From the NCBI RefSeq assembly GCF_001194135.2, contig NC_068981.1:40960987-41024986 (forward strand): a DNA stretch of 64,000 nt, in the 5' to 3' direction. Position 1 is the first letter of the stretch. The number at the start of each line of letters is the position of its first letter. Made by a program: the position numbers and the translations under genes. Of this stretch, positions 24,601 to 35,472 are shown one piece after another. The notes beneath the pieces were generated by a model. It was not told the origin of the DNA. It saw only the letters and a program-made list of their open reading frames with translations, and did no database searches. Source of the stretch: Octopus bimaculoides. Its lineage: Eukaryota.

Positions 24601-27600
24601 AAATTCCGCCAAGGTCGACTTTGCTTTTCTTCCTTTCAGGGTCGATGAAATAAGTACCAGTTACATACTAATACTTATTAGTAACTTATTATTATCATTA
24701 TTATTGTTCTATTTATTTAGCCAAAGGAAAGCTATGCCCTGGTACTTTGCAGGCCTTCCTAGACAAGTAAGATCAATTGTCAGGGATGATTGCATATTGT
24801 TCAGTTTGAAATTTTGTTGGTCAATATTTGTAATGAAAGGAAAGGAAAGTATTATAAAATGTATTATCTTGAGAGGAAAGTTTCTCAAAGTATTTATTGT
24901 AGTGTTTGAGATAATAAGAGAGGACAAGTGAGTGCTTTAGGTCATCTTGAGAAGATATAATTTGAAGCTTGATAATTTAAAGTAGTAATAGAATGTTCAG
25001 AGAAAGAGGAAACAAGGCGTCTGTAAGCTGTAGCATACCAGTGAGTGAGGCTACACAGTCAGTTTGGTTGACCTTTTCTTAAATGTTGGTGTATCTAATA
25101 ACTCTCATCATCTCAATAAATATTGGTCGACACATTAATGTGGACTTTATTTGATTTTGAGATTAAGTGTTTTCTGGTCTTGAAGAGGAAACTTAGTATT
25201 TAATAAATTTCTACATTTGTAGTGATCAAGAAAGATCATCAAATGATGAGTTGCTTAACATTTGTAGTAACTTTAAGGTTTTAGATGTACATTTTGGATG
25301 AGTCCAGAGGTGTGTAATTGGAAGACTGCCCCATATATAGTGATTGTTTGTATTTATATATTTGTTTAGACAGAGGAGAGATATGTTCTGTTAACAGGAA
25401 CTTGGAATACTAGGTTGTAATGTCCCCATCGGAAAATGTTTTTGAAGTTTATGTTCATTGAAGCAATGAAAACCTGGCAAATAAGATTCTTCTCCTTTAT
25501 TTCTTGTTTTAAGCAGTTCAAGCACTGCAATATCCTTTTCTTTAGCAAAAAATCTTTACCTTGTAATTTTTCAATTCTCTCAGTTCACCTCTCTAAAAAC
25601 TGCTATTATTTCACAAAACAAATATCTCTTGTAATGAATGCAAGATTAGGTACTACTATTGCCGTTTAACATATAGCAATGTCAATCAGATACAGATAAG
25701 TAGATTTAACCCTTTAGAACTTAAATTGGTCATATATTTGCTTTATCCTGAAAATGACCAGATTCAGCTTCTCACACTTACCCTACAACATCATTCTAAA
25801 AATAAGTAATCATACCATTGAAATCTTGAAGATCTGAGATAATGCATGAATAATTCAAAACTGTGTAAATAAATAAAAATTATACTGGACAGAGTAATCT
25901 GAATACTGAAGGGTTAAGAAACAGTTCATCTAATTTCTTTCATATAATCTTTTGTTTTTTAAATGTTTAATTGCAATGAAAATGGTATGGTACTAATGTG
26001 CATAGCTACGTCTTAGAATTTTGATTCTTTTAACCTTAATTCACCTGTCATCTTTGTAGAATGGTGTAGAACAAGTACTAATGTAGACTGATTTAATGGA
26101 CAATATGAAATTCTATATGCTTGATTTAAATAAATTACTGTATTGTAGTTTACAGTTGCTTCATTTCTAATGATACCATTTTTAATTGAAAACTTGATTT
26201 TAGTCTATCTTCATCAATGAATGTAAAAAATGATTTATAAAATTTTATGCAACATCTTTTAATACATTTTTTTTTTTCAGTTGCCAGCTGTATTTTTTGT
26301 TTCCTTCGCAATGCTTGTTATTTGTTTACTTTTGCCTGACGGTAAGTTTTTACAAATATCAAATTCTTAAATGTCAAATAGTAAGATTCTTATGTGTTGG
26401 TTATTTTCATTCTTTCACTTTTAATTTTTAAAATATCCATAATTTGCTATTTAAATGTTACAATGATAGGATTTTTTTTACTATTGAACTATGGGTCATG
26501 AGTTTAAATTCTGATTTAAATGTATTATGTTCTTGTGAAACCACTTTACCCTCCAGCTCAGTCTTTCATTCTTGAAAACAGGCATCAATTATACTTCATA
26601 ATTGAGTAACTGATGCTAAGAACTGCTTCTAGTTGTTAAAATACCTATTTTAAAAACTTTATTGTAACTCCTGCTGAAATTTGTTTCTTGTGCATCTTTA
26701 ATATCTAAAGTCATTATCTGTCAGTCTGCCAGAGATCCTACTGCATCTTTTGTGTATCTATTACTTACATTTAAGTACAGTGTGTACCAGTCCCTATCTA
26801 CTTCCTTCCTACATATCAAATAAAACCACTTCCATGTGGTTCCAAGGTTTGTCCATTACTAACGAGATCTAGACTTCAGAACATTCTTCCAGGTTTTAAA
26901 CTTTTTCTGCAACTCTTTAATGGATTCTGCTCTTAAAACAATCACCAACACATTGAAATTCTGAAGAGCACTTAGTCTTGATCTCCATCAGAGAGATAAC
27001 AGTGAACACTTTACCATACACTTCACTAAACTCACTACCAATTGTATCGTTAGTTTTAGTGCCCTTGTCCGTAGCTTAACACTCACAAATCTTTCCATTG
27101 AGAGTAAGAAAGGAAAGAAAGTGATGTTAAAGTCAACAAGAATAAGCTCGTTAAAAAAATAGCTTATTTCAAAATTTAGTTTGTGTAGTCATACAAATGA
27201 ATAAGAAAAATGAATATATAACATGAGAAGCCATGTTTCATTGGGAGATAAGCATTTTAAATTTTAACCCTATCACAGACAGATGCCTTTAATTTTTTTA
27301 TAGTAGAGAAATTAAAATAATGAGGTATATTTATTACCTTCTGATGTTGAACAATATTCTTCTAGGTTACCAGTGGTCCTACTCAAAACTGGTGTTCACA
27401 TCATTAGAATATTTCATTACACAAAGTTGATACACGTGATATGAGGCGGTATTGAAGAAATTTTTTGTTTTGTATGATGTTGCAACACTTGGTGTAATTG
27501 TATGTAGTGCAATAGCCTCCATTTCAGCATTGGTTTCAAAGTAAATAATACAATACACGACTGTTCATTCAGCTATTTCTGCTTTACAGTATTCTTGATC

Positions 27601-28207
27601 ATGAAACATTATTCTGTATCTATCTTCATTTACTACTACTGTAATTGTCTGTAATATGAAAAGTTGTTCTTTGTTTTGTTTTGTTTTTTTGGCGCCATTT
27701 AATTGAGCTAGTATTCTTGTGTTAGTATATTTATTAGATCAAATATCATTTTAGATTGTTTAAAAACTTCTGTTGAATTTGAGTTTACTTATGTCAGAAT
27801 GTATACTTTGAATTGTTTTCCCTTACGTAATCAAGTGAGTACATTCACACATTTTATATTTAAAAGTTCTTACACATTTTCATCAAAATAAAATCAAGTT
27901 ATCTGTTTGTGTATATAATGATGTCTACTCCTTCTTCAGTGTTTGTTATAGGAATGATCACTAAAAAAACAAAAGCAATAAATAAGCCAAATTTGTGTGC
28001 AATTTTACACTTTATTTAACTTATTTGCAACTTAATGTCTTTTATACTTGTTTATTTTTTATATTTTCAGAACATGCCACTGAACAAATATTATACATAT
28101 TTTTCTGGGGTGGCTTTTGCATTTCATCAGTCTTGGCCATCTATATGTTTGGAGAGGTATTTGTTGATGCACCTCGTCTGGCACAGGCAAAAGTACAAAT
28201 AGACTAA
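713..28207 (+). CDS. SACM1L: SAC1 phosphoinositide phosphatase, 5'-partial. join(713..806,2310..2497,3315..3401,4845..4913,9028..9107,12796..12894,14953..15091,15562..15631,17177..17249,17501..17594,20034..20135,26281..26341,28071..28207)
   Basis: 13 exons splice in frame (1293 nt) with AG/GT sites and matching phases. The translation follows SAC1 colinearly: [113 protein letters not shown], two TM helices, FVDAPRL. Comparison is to SAC1 family sequence recalled from memory. Confidence 0.97.
1103..1354. mobile_element. hAT (Charlie-like) MITE
   Basis: Imperfect TIRs CAGTGGTTTTTAACC / GGTTGAGAACTACTG; no clear TSD. Confidence 0.65.
2310..2497 (+). CDS. SACM1L: SAC1 exon (FVSIRSC...[33 protein letters not shown]...LVQ)
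   Basis: catcag acceptor, CAG|GTAAAT donor, 188 nt; core of ORF 2231..2635. Confidence 0.97.
3315..3401 (+). CDS. SACM1L: SAC1 exon ([29 protein letters not shown])
   Basis: ttacag acceptor, GTAAGT donor, 87 nt. Confidence 0.97.
3520..3720 (+). mobile_element. RTE-type 3' tail / SINE ending in (GAT)n
   Basis: Motif …TTAGGAAGGCATCCAGCTGTAGAAAC…AAACCGTCCAACCCATGCCAGCATGGAAAAC…GATGATG, which recurs many times in the window. Confidence 0.8.
4845..4913 (+). CDS. SACM1L: SAC1 exon ([23 protein letters not shown])
   Basis: cttgcag acceptor, GTATGA donor, 69 nt. Confidence 0.96.
5262..6050 (+). pseudogene. Ty3/Gypsy pol fragment (RT plus start of RNase H), frameshifted
   Basis: [15 protein letters not shown]…[18 protein letters not shown]…YIDD, then FLGHLI…GIRPLPDKV, and [16 protein letters not shown]…WQPLSFF; resembles CsRn1-like Gypsy (inference). 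Confidence 0.92.
6047..6275. mobile_element. Palindromic MITE-like element with ~57-bp inverted arms
   Basis: 6047-6103 (…CTGAGTTAAGATTTATGAATGGTGATAAATACTTATGATTAAGTTAT) is an imperfect reverse complement of 6219-6275. Confidence 0.7.
9028..9107 (+). CDS. SACM1L: SAC1 exon ([27 protein letters not shown])
   Basis: ttttag acceptor, weak GTTGTA donor, 80 nt, ends phase 2. Confidence 0.9.
11330..11463 (-). mobile_element. RTE-type 3' tail copy
   Basis: CATCATC…TTAACGTCCGCTTTCCATGCTGGCATGGGTTGGATGGTTTG…CAGCTGGATGCCC. Confidence 0.8.
12228..12256. repeat. (CT)n microsatellite
   Basis: direct inspection. Confidence 0.95.
12796..12894 (+). CDS. SACM1L: SAC1 exon ([33 protein letters not shown])
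   Basis: ttttgcag acceptor, GTGAGT donor, 99 nt, symmetric phase 2-2. Confidence 0.96.
12983..13900 (-). mobile_element. RTE-type tail plus purine-rich repeat module
   Basis: Tail motif at 12983-13260; the adjoining GAGAGGGCATTGGAGTAGGTGATCTCGTGTCAGA…GTAGAGGAGG…GGTTACCCAGCC module recurs in the opposite orientation at ~63840-64000. Confidence 0.65.
14061..14310 (-). mobile_element. RTE-type 3' tail copy
   Basis: Same tail family, minus orientation. Confidence 0.82.
14953..15091 (+). CDS. SACM1L: SAC1 catalytic exon (…[31 protein letters not shown])
   Basis: CX5R(T) motif C-I-D-C-L-D-R-T; tttatag acceptor, GTAAGT donor, 139 nt. Confidence 0.97.
15562..15631 (+). CDS. SACM1L: SAC1 exon ([23 protein letters not shown])
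   Basis: tttatag acceptor (an in-frame alternative start exists at 15571), GTGAGT donor, 70 nt. Confidence 0.88.
15719..15895 (+). mobile_element. tRNA-derived SINE head (family A)
   Basis: A-box-like GTGGCTGTGTGGTAAG, B-box-like GAGTTCAGTCCC, then AAACTGAAAGAAGCCCGTCG(TA)n. Confidence 0.82.
15905..17117 (+). mobile_element. 5'-truncated RTE LINE (ORF C-terminus, 42-bp minisatellite in the 3' UTR, (GAT)n tail)
   Basis: Decayed frame [11 protein letters not shown]…KGRLFDACV…AMLHGSETW…[14 protein letters not shown]…WYGHVMHM…[16 protein letters not shown]; tail motif at 16935-17117. Confidence 0.9.
16566..16855 (+). repeat. 42-bp minisatellite, ~7 copies (one 39 bp)
   Basis: Unit TGAGTGTTGGGCCTCATGGAGGCAAAGTGGCTGAGTACCTTT; gives the 14-aa repeat of ORF 16566..16955. 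Confidence 0.9.
17177..17249 (+). CDS. SACM1L: SAC1 exon ([25 protein letters not shown])
   Basis: ttttag acceptor, GTATGT donor, 73 nt. Confidence 0.96.
17501..17594 (+). CDS. SACM1L: SAC1 exon ([31 protein letters not shown])
   Basis: tactag acceptor, CAG|GTAATT donor, 94 nt. Confidence 0.96.
18240..19165 (+). mobile_element. tRNA-head / RTE-tail SINE interrupted by a 28S rRNA fragment
   Basis: 5' half 18240-18430 and 3' half 19044-19165 match the uninterrupted copy at ~61565-61960. Confidence 0.7.
18446..19043 (+). pseudogene. 28S (LSU) rRNA fragment, isolated intronic copy
   Basis: LSU core motifs GGACCTGAAAGATGG, AAGCCAGAGGAAACTCTGGTGGA, TCTAGTAGCTGGTTCCCTCCGAAGTTTCCCTCAGGATAGCTGG, GGTGCCAAGTGGGCC…TTGGTAAGCAGAACTGG, GACAGCAGGACGGTGGCCA…GAAGTCGGAATCCGC, GAGTGTGTAACAAC; no flanking rDNA. 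Confidence 0.95.
20034..20135 (+). CDS. SACM1L: SAC1 exon ([34 protein letters not shown])
   Basis: tttcag acceptor, GTAAGT donor, 102 nt. Confidence 0.96.
22015..22990. mobile_element. SINE/RTE-tail cluster: family A head (+, 22015-22160), RTE tail (-, 22161-22360), family A (-, 22380-22745), family A 3' half (+, 22765-22985)
   Basis: Motif matches to the other copies in the window. Confidence 0.8.
24530..24665 (+). mobile_element. SINE family B (Deu/Nin-domain-like core), partial
   Basis: GAGTTCAAATTCCGCC-like B box and CCTTTCAGGGTCGATGAAATAAGTACCAG core. Confidence 0.7.
25710..25913. mobile_element. piggyBac-type MITE with TTAA TSD
   Basis: TTAA|CCCTTTAGAA…TACTGAAGGG|TTAA; related copies at 40119-40338 and ~42020-42250. 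Confidence 0.78.
26281..26341 (+). CDS. SACM1L: SAC1 exon, TM helix 1 ([20 protein letters not shown])
   Basis: poly-T tract plus cag acceptor, GTAAGT donor, 61 nt, hydrophobic helix. Confidence 0.93.
28071..28207 (+). CDS. SACM1L: SAC1 last coding exon, TM helix 2 and tail (…[15 protein letters not shown])
   Basis: ttttcag acceptor, TAA at 28205-28207; FVDAPRL motif. Confidence 0.96.
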
Positions 28208-31199
28208 CAGTGATGGTACTAATTACATTTATATGATGAAGATGACAATGGGCAAGATGATGATGATGACGACGATTTTTTCCCCCTCCAGTCCATTGTT
28301 ATTTCAGATGCTGTAAGAATACTTAAAGACAATTTTAAAAAAAAATCTATTTCTAGATAAAAGTTTTTACAAAACTATTATATTCATTTATGAAATCGAA
28401 ATCAAATTACCCCTTAATTATTTCCCCTTTCATAGTTATTTAGACTTATACCACATTTGAGAATATATATACAGACATACACACACGCACGTGTGCGGTA
28501 TTATACTTCGATAGCAGGAATCAGTGGTTAAAAAATTCTGTTGTCCCTTTCTTGTTATCACCCTTTTGAAGCATTATACAGAATTATCATTATGTAATGT
28601 AATACTCAGTAATGTTTGTGTCACATGAAATTTTTTAAAATGTCCTTAGCATAAAGGTTTTAGGTCTCAGAATCTAGAAAAGCTAGTTTCAGATAAGCTC
28701 TGTAGTAAAGATATTTGAATTTAATTCCAAAAATTCATACATATGCATTCCGTTCATTAACATCATTGCTAATCTTGTTAGAAATATTTTGTCACTTGAT
28801 TATAAATAAAAAAAATATCTTTGTTATTTATTGATGCTTATTTGTTAATCTTTATTCGTACCTCAGTTTGAAATGCATTAATAAAATGAAGGATTTATAA
28901 TTATATTTAATATCCAATTATAACCAATTTAATTATCTCTATAAACAATGTGCACTGAAACTTGAACATTGTGTTAGAAAGCAGTTTGCTTTTGCTATCA
29001 TTGGTGCTAACCCCCTAAACCTAAATCACAATGTCTTTAAGACAATATTGAAGAGTTATATACCATAATTGAATTTTTTTTTTTTAAATTCTAACTCCAA
29101 CAAGTATCCAATGAAAAATAACACTGGAAAAGTACTTTCTATGATTCAACATAATTTAGATTTTCAATGACAGCCTTTTGTTCTAAACTGAAATAATTTG
29201 ATTATCAAATCATATTTTAGTTCTGTATATTTTCTCAATTGGATAAATTATTAATTAAAATTTGCTCTCTTATCACACACAAAAATAAATTGCACTTTCT
29301 GCAGTGTAGATCAAACTATATTTTTAATTATGTCTTCATTATATTTTGGTTAGCACTTTGAACTCTAAATCCAGTGATCTGAGTTCAAGTCTTTGTATAA
29401 CCTAGAAACTTAAATTTCTCCGTCCAACCCATACAGTATGGAAAAGTGGACATGAAATAAAGGTGATGATTTTGTGTGTGTGTGTGTGTGTATGTGTATA
29501 CACACACACACTCACACGAAGAATTGAAAACATAGTAAGACTTTTAGAATGTAAAGGCTGTATTTTAAAATTGGTCTAAAAATATTTATAGATGATGAAT
29601 GTTATTTACATAAGTCATTGGTACAAGATTAATTACTTTAGTTAACATCTGTTAAACTATTGTAATGCACATTTTTGCACTGAATATTGTTAATATCAGC
29701 TGATGTTTATATGTATGTATTATAACATTGAAAAATTGCTTCTACTTAATCTACATTTTATAGAATAAAGATTTCTATTTGGGCTTCAACAAAATCAGAA
29801 TCATTCTTTTGTTCATCATGTGTTTTAAATTTATCTAACTCAAAAATAGACAATTGTTTTCCTAAAAAGTTAGAGATCTAGGTAAGTTATCAAAAATTGA
29901 AATCAATAAGATAATATTGTTCTGTAAAAGCAAGAAATTTGGGAAATAGTTATCTTCATTTACCAAACAACAATCATCAGTTAATACTATATATATTTGT
30001 CATCAATAAAATGTGTTAAATTGATATAAGTGACATTCAGAAAAACAATAAACTAGCATAGCTGTGTTGTAAGAAGTTTGCTTCTCAACCACCTGATTCT
30101 GGGTTCAGTTCCACTGTATGGCACCTTGGGCAGGTGTCTTCTGTTGTTGCCCAGGGTCAACCAAAGCCTTGTAAATAGTTTTTATAGACAAAAACTGAAA
30201 GAAGCCCATCGTATATATGTATATATATTTATGCATGTGTGTATTCGTGTTTGTTATCTGGCTTGTTTACATCCCTGTAAATTAACAGACCAGCAAAAGG
30301 GACTGTTAAAATAAGTGCCAGCCTTTAATTAAAAAGTGAGTACTGGGTTTGATTTATTCAAGTAAATCCATCAAGGCAGTACCACAATCAAAGTAAAAGA
30401 TATTCAAAGGTTGTTCACAAACATCTATAAAAGTTGTAAAAATATCAGTTTCATAGATTTATTGATTTTTAAATAAAACACTTGTTTGCATATTGTCAAA
30501 TTTTATGTCAAATGTGTTACCTGTCAAGTTAAAGCTGGTTAGTCACTTGTACTGACATTATGATATTAAGATAAGCAGTTAGATTATAGCACAGATCAAA
30601 TACTGAGATGGACACATGGGTTAGAATGACATTTGGGTAACACCTGGCACTAGTTGTTATTTTAATGTAATGATGAAAATTTTTTAAACAGGTTAAGGTG
30701 TTGTGTTTCACATTATTTGTAACAATTATTTCACCATTTAAACACATTATAAAATAATAAAATGGTATTACAGTTATAAAGTTTTAATCTCAATGTTAGA
30801 AGAATTGCATCAAACAAAATGTATTTTGAATATAAAAAAATCTGAAACTGAATTGGTTATCAATATATGTAATGATTGCTTGAAATTTTTCTCCAGAGCT
30901 TAAACATAAGCTTCAGATATATCAGTTTACTATCAAGATACTTGAGCTGTGGTTTCAGTCATTACTTAGAATGAAGGGTTGTGTACAGCCTAAAGTGAAT
31001 TAAACATCAGAGATGCTTTGCCCATGTAGAAACTGCAGGAACTACACAGAAGTTTTGCAAGCTCTTATAAACCCAATGCAATACTGGAAACCCTTCCATA
31101 TCATTAGCAGGTATCTCAGGGTCACAAGCATTTCACCCCTTAGCTTGTATGCAACACCTGAGTAGGGCAGCAAGGACTTAACTTCGCTTGCAGAAAGGT

Positions 31200-31992
31200 T
31201 TCAGTTGTGGTCTCTTATCAACTATATAGCCACCTATCTCTCTTAGTAACGAAGGGCCTTTCCCTCAGAATGAAAGGCAGATTATACAATGCCTGTGTAT
31301 GAACAGCTGTGCTATGTGGCAGTGAGACATGGGCTTCGACTACTGGGGATATGCAAAGACTTGAAAGAAATGAAGCCAGTATGCTTCATTGGATGGGTAA
31401 TGGCAGTTGTACATGTACAACAGAGTGATCTGAGAGAAAAACTGGGTATACGTAACATCAGATGTAATGTGCAAGAGAGAAGACTGCACTGGTATAGTCA
31501 TGTAATGCCTATGAATGAGAAACAGTTGCATCAAGAGGTGCCAATTTCTAATTGTTGAGGGAACATGTTGAAGGGGTAGGTGTAGGAAGATGTAGGACAA
31601 AGTGGTGAGAAAGGATCTACAGATGTTGGGACTCACAGAAAGGATGATAGGGGACCAAGATGCCTGGCGGTTTTCTGTGCTTGAAAAAACATGTCAAGCT
31701 AAGTAAAAGCATGGTTGTCCATACATACAGGCTCATCCCCTGCAACCTTCTCCAGTTGAGCATCCCTAATCTTGTGGGCTCAGGTGCTGGGGCCACGTAA
31801 AAAGTACCTATGCCAGTGCTGCATAAATGCACCCAGTACATTCTGTAAAGTGGTCAGCATTAGGAATGGCAACCAGCCATAGAAACCATACCAAAACGGA
31901 CAAGAAGTCTGAACAGCCTGTCAGCTGGTCAGCTCCTGTCAAACCGTCCAACCCTTGCCAGCATGGAGAACAGATGTTAAATGATGATGATG
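31200..31992 (+). mobile_element. 5'-truncated RTE LINE (ORF C-terminus plus tail)
   Basis: [26 protein letters not shown]…GRCRK.M.DKVVRKDLQMLGLTERM, followed by the tail motif and (GAT)n. Confidence 0.88.
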
Positions 31993-33350
31993 AATGTGAA
32001 TGTAAAAGGGTTAAAGAAATCAACTATCCTGTAATTTTCAAATCTGCAAGCTAAATGTAAATTCTTACTTTATGCTCTCTCTCTCTCTCTCCCATTCTCT
32101 CCCCCTCTCTCCCCCTCCCACTCTCTCTTTTACACACACATTCACACATATTTGATGTGTGTTTGAATAATGTAAATTGAAGAATAGTAATGGAACATTT
32201 CCTGATGGGGATGACTCTATATTGAAAGGAGAATCAATTCATTATAAAGATCAAGTTAATTAGGACTTCAAATTTCACCTACCAGCTTGTTCAACCAGCC
32301 ATGGTATATATTTGCTTTCATAGCTCTGTTTCACCTTGGGTAGATAATTCTGTCCTCTCCTTAAAGAGCCAGATGTATTTTGACAGCAAGATAAAATTTT
32401 AATTATTCCTGTGTCTAAATTTGTCCACATGTTGTGTGAATTGTGCCTTAAAAGTGTTGTCCATGAGCCCATTACAGCAAAAATTTTATCCATGCTTTCT
32501 AGTTGTCCATGTCTGAGGAAGGAACTGCATGTCAAGGAAACTCTACAACAACAGGCTACTTTCTAGGTCAGCCAAAAGAGATTTTTTTTTCAGACATAAA
32601 GCTAGTTTCTCTAAATATTGAGCCTAAAATTAAATAATCTGAAGTTTATGTAAAGGAATTTGTATATGAACATCCATGTGTATTTAACTCCCATGATTCA
32701 GAGTATCAAAGTAATGGTTCTATAAAAAAGAACTGAAAAAACGACATAAAACTTACTAAAAAAAAGTGGTGATTGGTAAGTCATTAGCATATTGAATTGA
32801 ATGCCTCTCATATTTATTCTCTTGGCTTTTGGAATTCAAATCTTGCCAAGATCAACTTTGCTTTCATCCTTTCAAGGCTGATGAAAACGGTATTAATTCA
32901 GAGTGGCGGGTAAGTGAAATTCTTAGATGTTAAATGCTGGATAGGATGCCTCACAGTATGTTCCAGTTCTGTGCATTCTGAGTTCAAATTTTGCCTCATC
33001 ACCATAAAACGGAAACTTCAGCAATTTGAAATATCAAAAGAAACACAGTTTCTTTTGTTTGATCAGAAAAATCAACTGTTGCTACCATCACCGTTACAGT
33101 TACTTATGAAAAAAAAAGGTCTCCTTCTGAATCACAGGAGCTGAATGTATGAAGATATTCATTGTGATTCATAAATATCTAACTAGTTGAGCAAATTCAC
33201 CAATTCTGTTTTTTTTTTGTTTTTTGTTACACCATCTGGAGTAATTAATATAGTGGGATATATGCTCCATGTTGGAGCAATTGATCCTTAATTGTTAATG
33301 TTTGTCATCCTTAATTGGATTATGAAGTGTTGTTTTTCTGAGTGTTTAAA

Positions 33351-33740
33351 TGTGGAGTGGCTGTGTGGGAAGTAGCTTGCTTACCAACCACACGGTTCCA
33401 GGTTCATTCCCACTGCATGGCACCTTGGGCAAGTGTCTTCTACTATAGCCTCGGGCCAACCGAAGCCTTGTGAGTGGATTTGGTAGACGGAAACTGAAAG
33501 AGGCCTGTTGTATATATGTATGTATGTGTACATGTTTGTGTGTCTGTGTTTGTCCCCCCTCCCCAACATTGCTTGACAACCGATGGTGGTGTGTTTATGT
33601 TCCTGTAACTTAGCAGTTTGGCAAAAGAGACCGGTAGAATAAGTACTAGGCTTCCAAAGAATAAGTCCTGGGATCGATTTGCTCGACTAAAAGCGGTGCT
33701 CCAGCATGGCTGCAGTCAAATGACTGAAACAAGTAAAAGA
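33351..33740 (+). mobile_element. Full-length SINE family A copy
   Basis: tRNA-like head (A/B boxes), (TA/TG) microsatellite, 3' half ending CAGCATGGCTGCAGTCAAATGACTGAAACAAGTAAAAGA; other copies ~1655-1780(-), 20380-20495(-), 30058-30350(+), 41380-41845(-). Confidence 0.88.
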
Positions 33741-35360
33741 ATATATGCTGCAAAAATGTTATTTTAAAAGGGTTATCAGTAAACCCTACACCACTTTCTG
33801 TGTCATTATCATCTACAAGATACTTTCCTAATAGTATCCATTGTATCTCCACTCATACAACTCAAAATAAATAGTGCATTGAAGCAGTAAAGACCAAACA
33901 CTAAAATTTTATTAACAAACAAGTGCAAACTACCAAACACCTGCCATCATCGACCTGTCTACCTATTATATCAGTCTTTATAAAAGTGTTGTAAAAATGG
34001 AATTTAAAGTTAATGATAATGACCAAGACAAATTTTAGGCAATCTTGATGTGTCCAATGATTCAGATAAACATGAACAACTTGTTGCATCACATTGGAGT
34101 GGTGATTTGGATCTTCTAAAAGCAAAAAAGATAGTCTACACATCCACCAGGTCCACATCCATCAAGTTCACAACCAGCTACAGCTAGTGTTACTTAAACA
34201 TATTTACAACAATCTTTAATGTTTTAACAAGCATTTCTGCTACATTGTATTCAACAGAGTACTCCTTCGGTAAACTGAGATGAATGTAGAATTATCTGGA
34301 GTGTACAATGGGCCAAATATGATTAAACAATGTAGTAATGCTAAATATTGTGTGAAAATATGTCAACATGACTGCTGGCAAAAACGTTGGCCAAATTGGC
34401 ACATGATTTTTTGCAATCAGCCTAAAATGCTTTGCAGCTAAAAAGAGAGTCAATTCTGTTTTGTGGGATTGCTTTCTTGATGCCTATAGAAAGAAAGCTG
34501 TACATAGCTGTTCTTTCAAGCTGAAGCTAAAAAGAGCTAACTGCTAGCTCAGAGAAAGTTAAATAAAACATCTTGTTTATAGCTGCTGTGAGAAAGTGAA
34601 AAGAAACAATTGGAGTTTTGTTTAGATAGTTAAAATGGCAGACAGATTATTGGTTTCTTATTGGCTCAAATAAAACATGTGACAAAATGGTAAAACTAAA
34701 ATGTTACTTGTTACATGACCTAAATGAAGCTGTTATAAGTACTTATTATTTTACTATAAGGAAAATAGTTATGTCTTTATTTTGCATCATGGAAGAGTCA
34801 TGACAAAAACTACTAAATAAATTACAGGGTATACTTCTGAATGATGTACAGAAAAAAATCTCAATTAATTAAAATTTGTCTTAGTTGAAGAAAGCAAAAC
34901 CTAATAGTAATCATTAGTGATGCTCAAAGAAAAGGGGATATATATTTTAAAAAATCAATAATTCATTATCATCATCATTAACATTCTCATCGTCATCATT
35001 GCTGTCATTATCAGCATCCTCATCATCATTGTCATTGTTTTACATAAACTAAATGATACTTACAAAATTAATCTACTTGCTTCGAAGGAAATCTGATTGT
35101 TGCTTGTCTCAGGCATATTTGTGTCTTATAGAACCTCATGAGTTAAACAGTTGAACTTGTTTGATCAGTTAACAAAAGTTTTTACATATACAGAATTATG
35201 AAGATCTTTGGCCAGTAGGAATTTTCATTATTAAAAATGAAAAATAACTGACATGGGCCAATATCAAGAATTGAGAAACATTAACCCATTTTAATGCAGG
35301 TTAACCCTGTCAAAATTTTTAAGCTAGTTATATAAATAGGGATAACAAACATATAGAAGT

Positions 35361-35472
35361 GTCCAGTTAACCTTTATTGCAGTAAATAAACCAAATACAA
35401 TGGTTGAATAAATACAACAAGCACTATTTTGCGTCCAGTTAACCTTTATTGCAGTAAATAAACCAAATACAA
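35361..35472. repeat. Perfect 40-bp direct repeat separated by 32 bp
   Basis: GTCCAGTTAACCTTTATTGCAGTAAATAAACCAAATACAA at 35361-35400 and 35433-35472. Confidence 0.95.

Noticed and set aside
27367-27445. Possible alternative SAC1 exon (LPVVLL… resembling the TM1 exon) after TTCTAG
   Set aside because: The LPVV frame is out of phase with the acceptor; the in-phase frames hit stops without SAC1 similarity
28208-30100. SAC1 polyadenylation site
   Set aside because: Several AATAAA hexamers in AT-rich DNA (~28805, ~28880, ~29283, ~29763); cannot choose without 3'-end data
33901-34320. Minus-strand transposase-like words (MDVDLVD…)
   Set aside because: Single weak motif, no consistent frame
35361-35472. 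Repeat-spacer-repeat (40/32/40) resembling a CRISPR unit
   Set aside because: Only two repeats, eukaryotic context, no cas genes
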